This document shows, piece after piece, positions 1-9,169 of a stretch of 64,000 nucleotides of DNA; positions within the stretch are counted from its first letter, which is position 1, and every line of letters starts with the position of its first letter. Origin of the DNA: an uncultured Chitinophagaceae bacterium. Its GTDB lineage: Bacteria > Bacteroidota > Bacteroidia > Chitinophagales > Chitinophagaceae. A model generated the notes under the pieces. It searched no databases. It worked only from the letters and a program-made list of their open reading frames with translations, and was not told the origin of the DNA. The translations under genes and the position numbers were made by a program. Where the stretch lies: contig CALCII010000013.1 in the NCBI GenBank assembly GCA_937907395.1, forward strand, positions 45,448-109,447, given 5' to 3'.

Positions 1-265
1 AGCTGCTTATAGAACCGTTTGGTGCCGGTTCATATAAAATATACCCGAACTCCTGCAATTCATTAATACATTTATTGTATGTATGCCGGGCATTTATTTT
101 TGCGGCTTTCATAATTAATATCCTTTCAATTTTCACAGGATTCTTCCCGCCATTTATATTCCACTGTTGCAATAAAGCCATATAAATACTTATATGAGTA
201 CTGCCTATTCTTGCGTCATCTGCAATGGCGTGGTAAAATCCTGATAATGGCGGAAAAAGTTCCAT
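1..265 (-). CDS. partial CDS (first 88 codons; 3' end runs off the window): small winged-helix-like protein of the kind found beside Bacteroidota conjugation genes
   Basis: Not in the ORF track because there is no stop in the window. ATG at 265-263 on the minus strand. My translation is MELFPPLSGFYHAIADDARIGSTHISIYMALLQQWNINGGKNPVKIERILIMKAAKINARHTYNKCINELQEFGYILYEPAPNGSISS, open to position 1. It starts 5 nt after the stop of the 271-1032 gene. Confidence 0.5.
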   Translation of the reverse strand, partial: MELFPPLSGFYHAIADDARIGSTHISIYMALLQQWNINGGKNPVKIERILIMKAAKINARHTYNKCINELQEFGYILYEPAPNGSISS

Positions 266-270
266 ACTGC

Positions 271-1032
271 TTAATCCTGGTTAACCTTGTTTCTTTTACC
301 TCTTGCGGACTGATTTACTCGACGTTTTTTTAACAAGCCACTTCCCGCTGTTCCGTTTGTTTCGTCGTTATCATTTTCAGAAGTTGCATCTGTTTGTTTC
401 TTTTTCAATTGCAGTTGCTTTTCAAGCCATTTATTTTGCAAAAAACGATATGCTTCATCAACAGATATTCCAACACTATTTTCAGAAAAGTAAAACCGTT
501 GGCTGACATCGGATTTATTCTTCACAGAAGAAATACTTCCAAACATTTCATGATACGGTGCCTGATTCCAAAACTTCAATTTAAGTACAGAGGCAACGGT
601 TCTACCTTTTTCATCTTGTTCAAGAACTGCTAAGCTTTCAATAACAGATTCAACTTTAGCCTCCATTTCCCAGGTTGTTTTATCGGTTGGATCCAATTTC
701 TTTCTCTCATTGAGATCGAATGCCAACCTCCATTCTATTGATGCCATTCTTTTTTCAAGTTCTGATGTATCAATACCTGCAATGATTGATTCTTCAAAAA
801 TATTTTCATAAGGCAGTGTTACGTCATAATACAGTAACACATAAGCGTCATTTTGCTTTTGCTTTTCAAAATATAACCGGAACTCCAATTGCACATTATC
901 CTTTGCAATTTTCTGGTTCAAATAAAAATTATCAGGTTTGAAACAAATCCGTTTCAATAGTAAACTTCCAAGATTATCAAATCCCAGCGTTTGTAATTGT
1001 CCTGCCAGTTCGATTATATTCTGAATATTCAT
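271..1032 (-). CDS. hypothetical protein of the conjugative element (acidic/basic C-terminal tail)
   Basis: 253-aa ORF with an ATG start, co-directional and closely spaced with the tra operon. I recognised no motif. Confidence 0.55.
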   Translation of the reverse strand: MNIQNIIELAGQLQTLGFDNLGSLLLKRICFKPDNFYLNQKIAKDNVQLEFRLYFEKQKQNDAYVLLYYDVTLPYENIFEESIIAGIDTSELEKRMASIEWRLAFDLNERKKLDPTDKTTWEMEAKVESVIESLAVLEQDEKGRTVASVLKLKFWNQAPYHEMFGSISSVKNKSDVSQRFYFSENSVGISVDEAYRFLQNKWLEKQLQLKKKQTDATSENDNDETNGTAGSGLLKKRRVNQSARGKRNKVNQD

Positions 1033-1072
1033 GATAGTACTGTTGATTGTTAGAAAATGATCGAGGGATGTA

Positions 1073-2302
1073 CTATGACACTCCTAAACCTTTGCCTTTG
1101 CTTTCCCTTTTTTTTGGCAGCAGGCTTTGTCCATTCTTTTTCTCCAGCTTTTCCTTTTCAGTTTTCGTTACTGGCTTCAAATCTTTTTTTTTATCATTTT
1201 CCTGGCCTTCCTTGACTTCTTGGCTGCCTTTATCTATTCCGGATTTGTATTGCTCCAGTGATTCTTTAGCCACCATTTTCATATTTGAATCGTATAGTGT
1301 TACTTTCTTATACTGTGGGTCTGCTTCCATAAACATTTTGTGGCTGCTGCCATCCTTTTCAATGGTTACCGATTGTACATTTCCTTTTTCCAGTGATTGC
1401 ATCAGCACCTTAGCTTTATCAGGGTCATTTAACTCGGCCACGGCAAATTTTTCTACAGCGGCTTTCAAATCATAGCCATAGTTTTCATGGAATTGTCTTA
1501 CCTCAAAATTGTTGTTCTTGTCTTTGTTCTCAAAGTCAAGCTGTATCCATGCCTTATATGGTTGGCCTTCCTTTGTCACAAGATCTTTGTGAACAGGACG
1601 GCCATCCAGCAAGTTATAAGCTTCTTTCGCCGTTACCCCTTTCCCTTTATTCAGGTAGAATGTTTGCTCATTCTTTTCTCCATTACTTTTTTCTAATGAA
1701 GCATGGTAGTTGTTGAAAAAATACATGTCCGTAGAATCAGATTTACGGAAATTAAGAGTTGCCTCAAATGGCTTCTTGTTAACCTCCGCTTTAAAATGAA
1801 GTTGAAATTCTCCTTTACCCTCACTCATATTTCTTTCCAACTCTGCTTTAAGTGTTTCACCAAAGCCCATGTATTTGATGTTGTCGGTCAAATACTGAAG
1901 ATTTTCATTGTTCATAAAATTTGTTTTTAATTGTTTATCGAATATTGATAATTGTTGTGATTCAAAGTGGTCAATCAATGCATCTGTAAAATCGTTACCA
2001 TCTTTGTTGTACAAACTATTGGCGTCAGGATCAAGATTTAACTGATGGCTTATACTTTCGCCGTATGGGATTTTCTCAAGAATGTCTTTGATTGAGTTGA
2101 AATGAAGGACAGAGAAATTGTCCCGGTCGCTGATATTAGCTGTAGAAAAATCACTTGCTTCTTCCTTAGTGCTAAAAAAATGAACATCATCTTTATCAAT
2201 AAAGTACAGACTGTTATTATAAGCCATATAATGTTCGCCCTTTGATAAAGCGATAGTTATCAGGTCAAGCACCTCATCAGCTATGGGATGTTCACTTTTC
2301 AT
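1073..2302 (-). CDS. DUF3945/DUF4099-like conjugative-element protein (tentative)
   Basis: 409-aa ORF whose ATG overlaps the traN stop (ATGA at 2299-2302). The segment GVTAKEAYNLLDGRPVHKDLVTKEGQPYKAWIQLDF resembles the repeat I recall from DUF3945/DUF4099 proteins of Bacteroides CTns. Confidence 0.45.
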   Translation of the reverse strand: MKSEHPIADEVLDLITIALSKGEHYMAYNNSLYFIDKDDVHFFSTKEEASDFSTANISDRDNFSVLHFNSIKDILEKIPYGESISHQLNLDPDANSLYNKDGNDFTDALIDHFESQQLSIFDKQLKTNFMNNENLQYLTDNIKYMGFGETLKAELERNMSEGKGEFQLHFKAEVNKKPFEATLNFRKSDSTDMYFFNNYHASLEKSNGEKNEQTFYLNKGKGVTAKEAYNLLDGRPVHKDLVTKEGQPYKAWIQLDFENKDKNNNFEVRQFHENYGYDLKAAVEKFAVAELNDPDKAKVLMQSLEKGNVQSVTIEKDGSSHKMFMEADPQYKKVTLYDSNMKMVAKESLEQYKSGIDKGSQEVKEGQENDKKKDLKPVTKTEKEKLEKKNGQSLLPKKRESKGKGLGVS

Positions 2303-3063
2303 TTCAAATCGGGCAATACCCTTGCTTTCATTATATCCTTATTGCGAACTTTCAACAGAAAATGCCTGCCTCCATTTTTCTCCATCACCTGAATAGCCAA
2401 ATACTTTTTATCAGGAATGGTAAACTTTTCAAGTGCCACAACAAATACAGTGTTGTTGCTTCCTTTCACTTTGTTATAATTCCCTGTAATGTGCAAGGGC
2501 TTCTGTTCTGATTCCTGTACAGCGGTTCTTTTACTTCTTTTCTTATCCTTAATAAAAAAACGGAGCAGGTCAATATCATAATCAACAGCGCCTTCATTGT
2601 TAATATATATCTGGTAGTAAATAGTATTGTCCTTGATGTATATGCCTTTTACTCCGGCACTCATATTATACTTTTTGTCTTTTATACCTTTCGTAATCCG
2701 TTCATTGTCCAATATGGCATTAGCATAGGAACTTATTGTAGCGGTTCTGTTCACAGGCAGGTAATAAACCCATACAGCAGGCTTATTATCGTAAGTGACT
2801 GTAAAAGCATAAACGCTGCCATCATCTGTTACCACACTTAGATTTGTTTCAGTAAAATCTCTTGCGGCTGCTTTTACTAATAGAATTTCAGGGGCTTCTT
2901 TTACCTGTTGTGCAAGAACTGATGAAGTACCCCTGTCAACATGCTTAATAGCGAATGGAAAAACCAGGCTTGTGGTTTTATCAGTTGTTATCGTCAGTCT
3001 TGTTTGCGCAACAGCAGAAACGAATAACCAACCTGCACACATCATACACACTAATCGTTTCAT
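2299..3063 (-). CDS. traN: conjugative transposon protein TraN (DUF4138)
   Basis: 254 aa with a signal peptide. Its position directly after traM and the segment TTSLVFPFAIKHVDRGTSSVLAQ...LLVKAA...TNLSVVTDDGSVYAF are typical of TraN. Confidence 0.8.
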   Translation of the reverse strand: MKRLVCMMCAGWLFVSAVAQTRLTITTDKTTSLVFPFAIKHVDRGTSSVLAQQVKEAPEILLVKAAARDFTETNLSVVTDDGSVYAFTVTYDNKPAVWVYYLPVNRTATISSYANAILDNERITKGIKDKKYNMSAGVKGIYIKDNTIYYQIYINNEGAVDYDIDLLRFFIKDKKRSKRTAVQESEQKPLHITGNYNKVKGSNNTVFVVALEKFTIPDKKYLAIQVMEKNGGRHFLLKVRNKDIMKARVLPDLK

Positions 3064-3083
3064 TTTATAAAGTTTAAAAGTTA

Positions 3084-4370
3084 TTAATCGGACTCAGTGT
3101 TTTTATCTTTCAGCAAAACTTTGTAGCCTTCTTTCACCATCACTTTTACCTGTTTTACTTTCCGGCTCATTAAATTCTTTACGGTATTGATGCCGGCAGC
3201 GGCGGCCTGTGCTTTCAACGAAGGATCCAGCGTGGTGAGTTCCATCAATTGCAAACTGTTATCAGCAGAATTTTTAGCGACATCCCTTGTGATGGAACCG
3301 GGAATATAAATGCCCGGCAAGCCGTCTATGTCGTACAGTTCTAATTTTACGGGGAATAAAATGTTTTTATAGCGGAGAGAACTTATCTCCACTTCAAGCC
3401 TTTCATTATCAAGTGAGGCAGTACCATTTATTGGGTTGCCTTTAGGAATTAAGACTCCATTGATAAAAATATCTGTTGACAATCTTAGTTGAATAACCGC
3501 ACCGTTTACCAATGTTTGATTACTGTGAACAACAGCTTCAATAGCCAACCCTTCTTCAGTAATCGAGTTGTCCTTCTCTAAGCCGTAAAATTTATTTGCA
3601 GTATTGGTTTTGCTTCTATTCGTATCCATCAACGAAACATTTGCCAATCCAGGTTGGGTAGTTACGGCATAAACCACCCGTTTATGTTGTAATGATTTTT
3701 CTTTCAGTTTTTCCCTTATTCTTTGCGGATGCTGAATATCCAGTATCTTTTCCAATGTGCCGTTTAATTGCTCTATCTCGGGATCGCCGGAATTTGTTTT
3801 ATTCATTGTGAACAGCATGTTTTCCAGTCTATCTACTTCACCGGAAAATTCTTCATCTTGTTTGTAATTGCTTGCATCCGGGTTTTCATTGACTGATGCT
3901 TCCGGCTGTTTATTAATTTCCTTTTGCAGCAATGCCAATTTTTGCATTAGCTTTTGTTCAGGATTATTTGAAGTTGCCTCATACGGTGATGAATTGAGCC
4001 GCTGGTTGTATTTTGAAGCCGAGTTTTGAGTGAGTACTTCCAACTCGTTTACAGGTAAAAAAGAAGTGTCCTCATTTTGTTTGTAATAAGGGTCTGTCCG
4101 CATCCATTCTTCCAGCCTGGCTGAATCTTTATCTGCCTTATCATAAAAGCTAAGCTTATCTGTGAGGTTATCATCCTTCATTTTTGCATCCGGAAGATTC
4201 AGATTTAAACCCTGTTGCTTTGTTGTAGCTATTTCCTCTTTGCCCTCGCCACCACCTAAAGCCCAAAATGCCATTGTAAGAAATGGTATTACCAGTAAGG
4301 GCAACACCAGCATCATTTTTCGTTTACGCAGGAAGGCCTGCGACCTTTGCACACTGCTCATACACTTCAT
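3084..4370 (-). CDS. traM: conjugative transposon protein TraM
   Basis: 428 aa. The N-terminus RKRKMMLVLPLLVIPFLTMAFWALGGG is the TraM hallmark. ATGA overlap with the upstream gene at 4367-4370. Confidence 0.85.
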   Translation of the reverse strand: MKCMSSVQRSQAFLRKRKMMLVLPLLVIPFLTMAFWALGGGEGKEEIATTKQQGLNLNLPDAKMKDDNLTDKLSFYDKADKDSARLEEWMRTDPYYKQNEDTSFLPVNELEVLTQNSASKYNQRLNSSPYEATSNNPEQKLMQKLALLQKEINKQPEASVNENPDASNYKQDEEFSGEVDRLENMLFTMNKTNSGDPEIEQLNGTLEKILDIQHPQRIREKLKEKSLQHKRVVYAVTTQPGLANVSLMDTNRSKTNTANKFYGLEKDNSITEEGLAIEAVVHSNQTLVNGAVIQLRLSTDIFINGVLIPKGNPINGTASLDNERLEVEISSLRYKNILFPVKLELYDIDGLPGIYIPGSITRDVAKNSADNSLQLMELTTLDPSLKAQAAAAGINTVKNLMSRKVKQVKVMVKEGYKVLLKDKNTESD

Positions 4371-4864
4371 TTTTGTTTTTGTGATAAATAGATTTGCTCC
4401 AGCATCTGCACACTGTCCATCAAACCCGGCCGGGCCTGCAGGATGCTGTCGTATTCATTCCTTCTTTTTTGTTTCAGACTATCCATATAATTCCTGAATT
4501 GTTTTACCTGTTGCCAGGTTTCTTCATCCACATAAGCTTCAGGAATTAAATTTTCATCCCCGGTTTTATCAAAGTGTTTTGGTACATCCATTTGCTGCAC
4601 TTCAAAACTGTTTTGCTTTCTATTAGGACTGATGACACTTTTTGCAATAAGGTACATACTATAACCGCCTGCGCAGATGCAGAAAATTATCAGAATGATT
4701 TTTAATCTTTTAAAATCTGTGTTCATAAAAACCCTGTTCATCTTTTCGGCAAATAGTTGTTGTAGTTTAATGCCAAGTCCTGCAATCTTTCCAGCTACCT
4801 TATCAGAAACAGTTACTTTGTCCACAGTTTCTTTGTCTTTTTGCTTTGCTTTGTACAACCACAT
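4367..4864 (-). CDS. TraL-position small membrane protein
   Basis: The ORF track gives 4367-4918, but that extension overlaps traK. The internal ATG at 4864 (MWLYKAKQKDKE...) sits 1 nt after the traK stop. One TM segment (LKIILIIFCICAGGYSMYLIA). Confidence 0.5.
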   Translation of the reverse strand: MWLYKAKQKDKETVDKVTVSDKVAGKIAGLGIKLQQLFAEKMNRVFMNTDFKRLKIILIIFCICAGGYSMYLIAKSVISPNRKQNSFEVQQMDVPKHFDKTGDENLIPEAYVDEETWQQVKQFRNYMDSLKQKRRNEYDSILQARPGLMDSVQMLEQIYLSQKQK

Positions 4865-4865
4865 A

Positions 4866-5483
4866 TTACCGGTTTTGAATATTGATATCAGTATTCTCCA
4901 ACGTCCGCCACTTCTCAATCAAAAAACCATGTGAATTATTGTCACTACGGGATACGTTTCTTAAATAACCTTCCGTAACAAGATTCCTGGTTACAATAGT
5001 TGTGGGACGAATTATTTTCTGTTCACCTTTATACCTGAAATAAAATGGATATACATCCGTATTAATAATGATACTGTCCATAGTAATTTCCTGGCTGATA
5101 TTACCTGATATGAGGTTAGAATAATAACCATTCTCCTTCAGGTTATCATATTGTTGCTTTGCTGACGCATCAGCCAGGTATAAAGCCTTGGTGATATTTG
5201 CCTGTATTACTTTATCATCGGGATCGAGGGTAAAGAAAAAGTGATGAAACATTTTTACATGATCTCTTGCTTCCACGGGAATATTGTCTTTTCTATCGGC
5301 TGCATAAGCCTCTAATGCCTTTCCATTTGCCAATATGAAAACCTTATTTTGAGATTGGGATGAAAGCTGATAGCTTTTGTAAGCAATAAAAAGAGATATG
5401 ACAACACAGGCAACTAAGAACGCCACACTGAATAGCCGGATGTACCTAAAAGCGGTGTCTATATTTTTTGTTTTTTGAAACAT
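4866..5483 (-). CDS. traK: conjugative transposon protein TraK
   Basis: About 205 aa with an N-terminal TM. Size, position between traJ and traM, and the sequence (FHHFFFTLDPD..., GFLIEKW) fit TraK. The first ATG is at 5483; the track start at 5486 is GTG. Confidence 0.85.
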   Translation of the reverse strand: MFQKTKNIDTAFRYIRLFSVAFLVACVVISLFIAYKSYQLSSQSQNKVFILANGKALEAYAADRKDNIPVEARDHVKMFHHFFFTLDPDDKVIQANITKALYLADASAKQQYDNLKENGYYSNLISGNISQEITMDSIIINTDVYPFYFRYKGEQKIIRPTTIVTRNLVTEGYLRNVSRSDNNSHGFLIEKWRTLENTDINIQNR

Positions 5484-5569
5484 CACTTACACATTTCTAC
5501 ATACTATATAACTGAAAGCAAATTAAATTCCAATACCACTATATGCTGGGGTAAAGAAAGTAGGCCTAC

Positions 5570-6766
5570 CTAACTCTTTCCTCTTAACTTATCCTTCATA
5601 TATCCAGTTCCACCGTTGTTACTATTGCCGCCTTTAAAGTAACCATCTGATGCGCCTGCATCAGCCATGCTATTAGCAATTTTATTATAGCCACCGCCAA
5701 GCGCATCTCTTGTCATTGAAGCACCTCCTGAAGCAACAGTACGAGTGGAAGTGCTCATCATATTGGTTACCTTATACAGCAATGTATTACCACCGCCAGC
5801 ATGAATGATGTAGTTAGCTACTGAAGGCACAGTGAAATAGCCAATGATTCCTATAATCATAAAAATGAGATAAGCAGTATCCGATGAACTGAAGAAAGTA
5901 TCGCCATTGGTTGCTATCTGTTGCAAATCTTCTTTCAGCATATTTTCCTGGATTTTACCCATAATGCCGCCGAAAATATTAGCAACAGGCAACCACAGGA
6001 AGATGTTGAGATAGCGGGCAATCCAAACTGTGAGTGTATGTTGAAAGCCATCGAACACGGCAATGCCAAATACCAATGGACCGAGGATTGCCAACACAAT
6101 TAAATAAAACGTTCTGATGGTATTGATACAGAGTGCAGCGGCCTCAAATAAAACCTTTAATACTTCAGCCATCCATTGCTTGATGGAATTTCTAAAATTG
6201 TAAGAGAATTTTGCAAACGCAAACTTGATATCATTGCCTATGCTTTTTATCCAGCCTTCGCTTTTATCTCCATAGTGATATTTGTACCACTTATCTCTAT
6301 CCCCTGATCCATTTGTACCCACATACATTTGCCAGTAAGCAGTTTTCTTGATCGCTTCTTCTTTCATCTTCAAGAGCTGAGCTACGGCTTTATCCGAATC
6401 TGTTACCATTGCTGCTGTAGAAGTTACAGTTGGCTTCATTACACCATTAATCATAGCAATTAAAGAAGGGAATATTAATACGGCAAAGCCTAATACAAAG
6501 GGACGAAACAAAGGATAAAAATCTACAGGCTCGGCCCTGGCAATATGGCCCCACACCCTTGAAGCAATATACCAGGTGGCGGCAAAGCCTGCGATACCAC
6601 GACCAACACCAATCAAACGGCTACACAGCGGCATCATATCATCATATAGTTTTTCAAGCACTTCATGCAGGCTGTGGATTCTATTGGCCATGCCCTGGGC
6701 TTCTGCAAAACGAGGAATAAGCAATACAGCGATTGCAATACAAATTATTCTTACACACAATTTCAT
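5570..6766 (-). CDS. traJ: conjugative transposon protein TraJ (VirB6-like polytopic membrane protein)
   Basis: About 398 aa with a signal peptide, multiple TM segments and a Gly/Asn-rich tail. It lies between the TraI-like genes and traK. ATG at 6766; the track start at 6772 is GTG. Confidence 0.85.
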   Translation of the reverse strand: MKLCVRIICIAIAVLLIPRFAEAQGMANRIHSLHEVLEKLYDDMMPLCSRLIGVGRGIAGFAATWYIASRVWGHIARAEPVDFYPLFRPFVLGFAVLIFPSLIAMINGVMKPTVTSTAAMVTDSDKAVAQLLKMKEEAIKKTAYWQMYVGTNGSGDRDKWYKYHYGDKSEGWIKSIGNDIKFAFAKFSYNFRNSIKQWMAEVLKVLFEAAALCINTIRTFYLIVLAILGPLVFGIAVFDGFQHTLTVWIARYLNIFLWLPVANIFGGIMGKIQENMLKEDLQQIATNGDTFFSSSDTAYLIFMIIGIIGYFTVPSVANYIIHAGGGNTLLYKVTNMMSTSTRTVASGGASMTRDALGGGYNKIANSMADAGASDGYFKGGNSNNGGTGYMKDKLRGKS

Positions 6767-6794
6767 ACTCACGACTTTATAAGTGGAATAAATT

Positions 6795-7421
6795 CTATTT
6801 CTTCAATCCGTATAGTCTTCGGGACATTTCAATCTGCGCCTGCTCTGATTTTCTTTGCAGCGAAAGCACAGTGGTATTATTGGTAAAATCTTTTAGAAAA
6901 GAATACTGTTCTTCCACAGACAGGTAAATTTTATCAATAGCCTGCAGCCGTTCATCATCACTCATTCGCAGCTTTCCTGATGTAATGATCATAGCCAGTT
7001 CATCCAGACTTTTTAAACTCTCATTAAACAGGTTGCTATACACTTTATCGAGGTAATCAATTTCTTCAGCAGTAAACTGCTTTTCTTCTTTAAACCGGCT
7101 AAAGGCAAGTTTATATTCTTTAGCTATCCGTAGTTGATAGCTGATAATATCCGCAATGCGTTTATATTTTTTAACTGCCGGGCTTACCTCCATTAAACCA
7201 TCTAAGAAAGTTTTATGGATGTTGAAATTTCCTTCGGATATGTTTTTAACCGCAGTATATCCTTTATTCAGAAGTTTATACCCATCATACATATTCTGCA
7301 AAATCTTTTTAAACTGTGCCAGCTTTTCAATATTAAGCAACAGTTGCTGCACTTCGTCGCTTTGTGCTTTTAGTTGGAAACTCATACCGCACATAATTAT
7401 AATCACAAACAGTTTTTTCAT
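6795..7421 (-). CDS. TraI/DUF4141-like secreted coiled-coil protein, paralogue 3
   Basis: 208 aa with a signal peptide. Motifs FTAEEIDYLDKVY, KLRMSDDERLQAIDKIY and RRLYGLKK are shared with 8098-8778 and, more loosely, 7418-8062. ATGA overlap at 7418-7421. Confidence 0.6.
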   Translation of the reverse strand: MKKLFVIIIMCGMSFQLKAQSDEVQQLLLNIEKLAQFKKILQNMYDGYKLLNKGYTAVKNISEGNFNIHKTFLDGLMEVSPAVKKYKRIADIISYQLRIAKEYKLAFSRFKEEKQFTAEEIDYLDKVYSNLFNESLKSLDELAMIITSGKLRMSDDERLQAIDKIYLSVEEQYSFLKDFTNNTTVLSLQRKSEQAQIEMSRRLYGLKK

Positions 7422-8062
7422 TTTATTCCATTTATAAGTTTAGAACGATTGATTTCTATCTGCTCTCCCAAACGTTGTACAGCCAGCAAACCCATATCTT
7501 CACTAAAGGAGCATGCAAATGAATATTTATCTTGTACATCCGCATATAATCCGTCAATCCGTTTCATCCTTTCATCATCCTTCATTTCCAATTCACCTGA
7601 TGTTGTAACCAGTATTAATTCTTCCACTGTTTTTATACATTCATCCAAAAGGGTGTCAAATACCTGTTTGCAATAATTCAGTTCAGCTTCCGTAAATTGT
7701 TTTGTTTCCCTGATTTGCGGAAGAACAAGTTTTGTTTGTTTGATGATTTTTACCTGGTAAGCAATTATATCCGCTACTTTAGCATACCGGTGGATGGCAG
7801 GATTTACATTTTTGAGCCGGTTAAAGAAATCCCGGTGCAGGTTAAGATCTCCGTTTTTTATGTTACGAATAGTATTAACTCCACTGGTTACAATGTTGTA
7901 CCCTTTTTTGGCATAACCGAGATAAACTTGCAAAGCTGCAATTTGTTGCAACAGGTATTTCTTTTGCGTCGAGCTTTGATTGAGCCATTCATCTGTGGTT
8001 TGGGCATTTGATGAGTGAATGGCAAACAGACCTACTGTTGCCAATAGCAATATTCTTTTCAT
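7418..8062 (-). CDS. TraI/DUF4141-like secreted coiled-coil protein, paralogue 2
   Basis: 214 aa with a signal peptide. FTEAELNYCKQVF and ELEMKDDERMKRIDGLY are colinear with the neighbouring paralogues. Confidence 0.6.
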   Translation of the reverse strand: MKRILLLATVGLFAIHSSNAQTTDEWLNQSSTQKKYLLQQIAALQVYLGYAKKGYNIVTSGVNTIRNIKNGDLNLHRDFFNRLKNVNPAIHRYAKVADIIAYQVKIIKQTKLVLPQIRETKQFTEAELNYCKQVFDTLLDECIKTVEELILVTTSGELEMKDDERMKRIDGLYADVQDKYSFACSFSEDMGLLAVQRLGEQIEINRSKLINGIK

Positions 8063-8097
8063 ACTTCACATTTTCGTTCTACACAATATTGTTCCAG

Positions 8098-8778
8098 CTA
8101 ACGGCTGATACCATATAGCCTTTTTACATATTCAATTTCGCCCCGCTCAGAAGCCCGTTGAATACTCAACATCTTATTTTGATTATTGAAGTCTTTCAAA
8201 TCAACATATTGCTGCTCAAGATTGCCAGAAACTGTATTAATAATTTCCAACCTTTTGGCATCACTCATTTGTGTAGCAAAAGCATTCACCACTAAAAATA
8301 ACTGGTCAATGCTTTTCAGACTTTCATCCATCATGCCAATATAGATATTGTACATATAATCCAGTTCCTCGGCTGTAAAGTTTTTGTCCTGTCTGAATAA
8401 AGCCCAGGCACCCTTGTATTCATTGACCATTAGCACCTGCCGTTCAATTATATCTTTAACCCGGTTATAATATGCAAGAGCAGCTTTTACTTTCCATAGT
8501 TCCTGAAAATAGTCATCATACAGCTTTCGCTGCTTTTCCACCCAGTCTTTAATTTCATTCAGCTTTAGCTGGCTCATTTTATTCTCCAATGTCTTTTGGG
8601 CGTTTTGCAGCCAAATTGTTTTATTCTGCAACCGCTGCATCTGAAGGTCAATTGCCTTTATTACTTTTTTAACTGCCGCTTTGATAATGTCTGCAATGGG
8701 AACCTGAGCCTTAGTTTCCTGTATTGGCAAAAACATACAGCACATACTCAATCCCACAACTGCCAATATTCTTTTCAT
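8098..8778 (-). CDS. TraI/DUF4141-like secreted coiled-coil protein, paralogue 1
   Basis: 226 aa with a signal peptide. Motifs FTAEELDYMYNIY, QMSDAKRLEIINTV and KRLYGISR. Confidence 0.6.
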   Translation of the reverse strand: MKRILAVVGLSMCCMFLPIQETKAQVPIADIIKAAVKKVIKAIDLQMQRLQNKTIWLQNAQKTLENKMSQLKLNEIKDWVEKQRKLYDDYFQELWKVKAALAYYNRVKDIIERQVLMVNEYKGAWALFRQDKNFTAEELDYMYNIYIGMMDESLKSIDQLFLVVNAFATQMSDAKRLEIINTVSGNLEQQYVDLKDFNNQNKMLSIQRASERGEIEYVKRLYGISR

Positions 8779-8784
8779 ATACTG

Positions 8785-9165
8785 TTATTTTATTTTTTTA
8801 AACTTATTCGTTCCATTAAATAGAGATTTTTCTTTCACATCAAAAGAGTAATGATCTAAGGTTTCTGCTTCTTCCAGCAACTTTGTTTCAGCATTGTAAA
8901 TTCCTGATGTTTCTTTCACTTTATATTCAGGAACATTGGCTTCGCCTTCTACCTGCCTGATATAATGCCAGCGGTTTTGAATCTTGAATTCCTTTGCTGC
9001 AGGATTTTGGATAGTGATAACAAGGGTGTCAAATTCTTTCCCGAATTCGTTTTGACCAGTCCTAACATAAGTGCCGGGGATGAATTCGATGATTTCATCC
9101 TTGCTGCTGGTATTACAGCCATAGATAATTACTGTTGCTGAAAGGATAAGCACTACTGTTTTCAT
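8785..9165 (-). CDS. small lipoprotein at the TraH position
   Basis: 126 aa with the lipobox LSATVIIYGC. It lies immediately downstream of traG. Confidence 0.5.
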   Translation of the reverse strand: MKTVVLILSATVIIYGCNTSSKDEIIEFIPGTYVRTGQNEFGKEFDTLVITIQNPAAKEFKIQNRWHYIRQVEGEANVPEYKVKETSGIYNAETKLLEEAETLDHYSFDVKEKSLFNGTNKFKKIK

Positions 9166-9169
9166 ACTA

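Noticed and set aside
4865-4918. N-terminal extension of the TraL-position ORF (track start 4918)
   Set aside because: It would overlap the traK 3' end by 53 nt. The ATG at 4864, directly after the traK stop, fits the tight coupling seen across the operon. The same logic was used to trim 18746-18823, 11934-11972, 6767-6772, 5484-5486, 19078-19083, 34785-34790 and 50359-50394, which are non-ATG track starts.
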